A stretch of 64,000 nucleotides of DNA from an uncultured Chloroflexia bacterium (GTDB lineage Bacteria > Chloroflexota > Dehalococcoidia > DSTF01 > WHTK01): NCBI GenBank assembly GCA_963703905.1, contig CAVPFY010000007.1, positions 14,374-78,373 on the forward strand, written 5' to 3'. The notes under the pieces are model-generated. The model was not told where the DNA came from and did not search any database. It saw only the letters and a list, made by a program, of their open reading frames with translations. The translations under genes and the position numbers were made by a program. Shown here piece by piece: positions 63,613-64,000 of this stretch. Each line of letters starts with the position of its first letter. The stretch's first letter is position 1.

Positions 63613-63738
63613 GTCCGAGATTCTTCGGCTCCTGGCCGCGTATGGCAAGCAGGTCGTCGTATTGCGCTATGGACCTTCCGGCCCATCGAAGTGCCGTCAG
63701 ACATCCATGCCATAATGCGGGCGCTTCGAGGGCAGGTC

Positions 63739-64000
63739 TTGACTGATTCACCACGCCCGACTTTTGACCTTCTAATCCGGCGCGGCGCCATTTGCGACGG
63801 CAGCGGCGGCCGCTCCCTTCGTGGCCGATGTCGGCGTGAGGGGCGATCGGATCGCGGCCATAGGTGACCTCTCACAGGCGGCCGCGGCTATCGACGTCAA
63901 TGCGACGGGCATGACGGTTGCGCCCGGTTTCATCAACATGCTCAGCCACTCCTACCTCAGCATCCTGCACGATGGCCGTTCGCTGTCCGAGCTGAAGCAG
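63739..64000 (+). pseudogene. D-aminoacylase (N-acyl-D-amino-acid deacylase)-like amidohydrolase, 5' part, one frame disruption, runs off the window
   Basis: TTG 63739 gives ...TFDLLIRRGAICDGSG. A 1-nt shift near 63810 is then needed to read APFVADVGVRGDRIAAIGDLSQAAAAIDVNATGMTVAPGFINMLSHS, which is typical of the family N-terminus. Confidence 0.6.

Noticed and set aside
1-64000. Mobile genetic element, prophage, defence island or toxin-antitoxin content
   Set aside because: I recognised no transposase, integrase, recombinase, reverse transcriptase, nuclease/helicase defence genes, phage structural genes, or tRNA/att-like boundaries in any frame. The only candidates for mobile DNA are the small non-coding repeat units.

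Overview
This is a high-GC bacterial chromosomal window (by eye about two-thirds G+C). I recognise no rRNA, tRNA, CRISPR array, transposase, integrase or phage genes.

Content, left to right:
1. Secreted or lipoprotein hydrolases at the left edge.
2. A very repetitive catabolic theme. There are six paralogous Tat-lipoprotein family-5 ABC substrate-binding proteins (SBPs). Three of them sit beside two-unit family III (CaiB/BaiF) CoA-transferases, together with an acyl-CoA dehydrogenase, an enoyl-CoA hydratase and IclR/TetR regulators.
3. A cell-envelope glycosylation operon (GT2, methyltransferase, flippase-like protein, DUF2142).
4. A molybdoenzyme island. It holds a selenocysteine formate dehydrogenase (in-frame TGA plus SECIS) whose alpha subunit is split and permuted around a NuoE-NuoF fusion, then FdhD, a CoxMSL-order xanthine-dehydrogenase-family operon and a MoaD-like gene.
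5. A 977-aa membrane-anchored protein with a reprolysin-type zinc motif.
6. A P450 and a ferritin-like / ferredoxin / ferritin-like operon of unknown function.
7. Two tandem SBP-permease-permease ABC modules without ATPase genes, followed by NagA-like and D-aminoacylase-like amidohydrolases.

Roughly one third of the coding sequence is frame-disrupted, by indel-type damage only, and the disruptions are strongly clustered. This is either real decay of particular operons or local consensus error; one sequence cannot distinguish the two.

Several dispersed intergenic repeat families are present (palindromic REP-like units and short-period stop-rich spacers). They resemble ones I associate with Chloroflexota-type genomes, but the taxonomy is a guess.

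All functional calls rest on motif recognition from memory, not on database searches.
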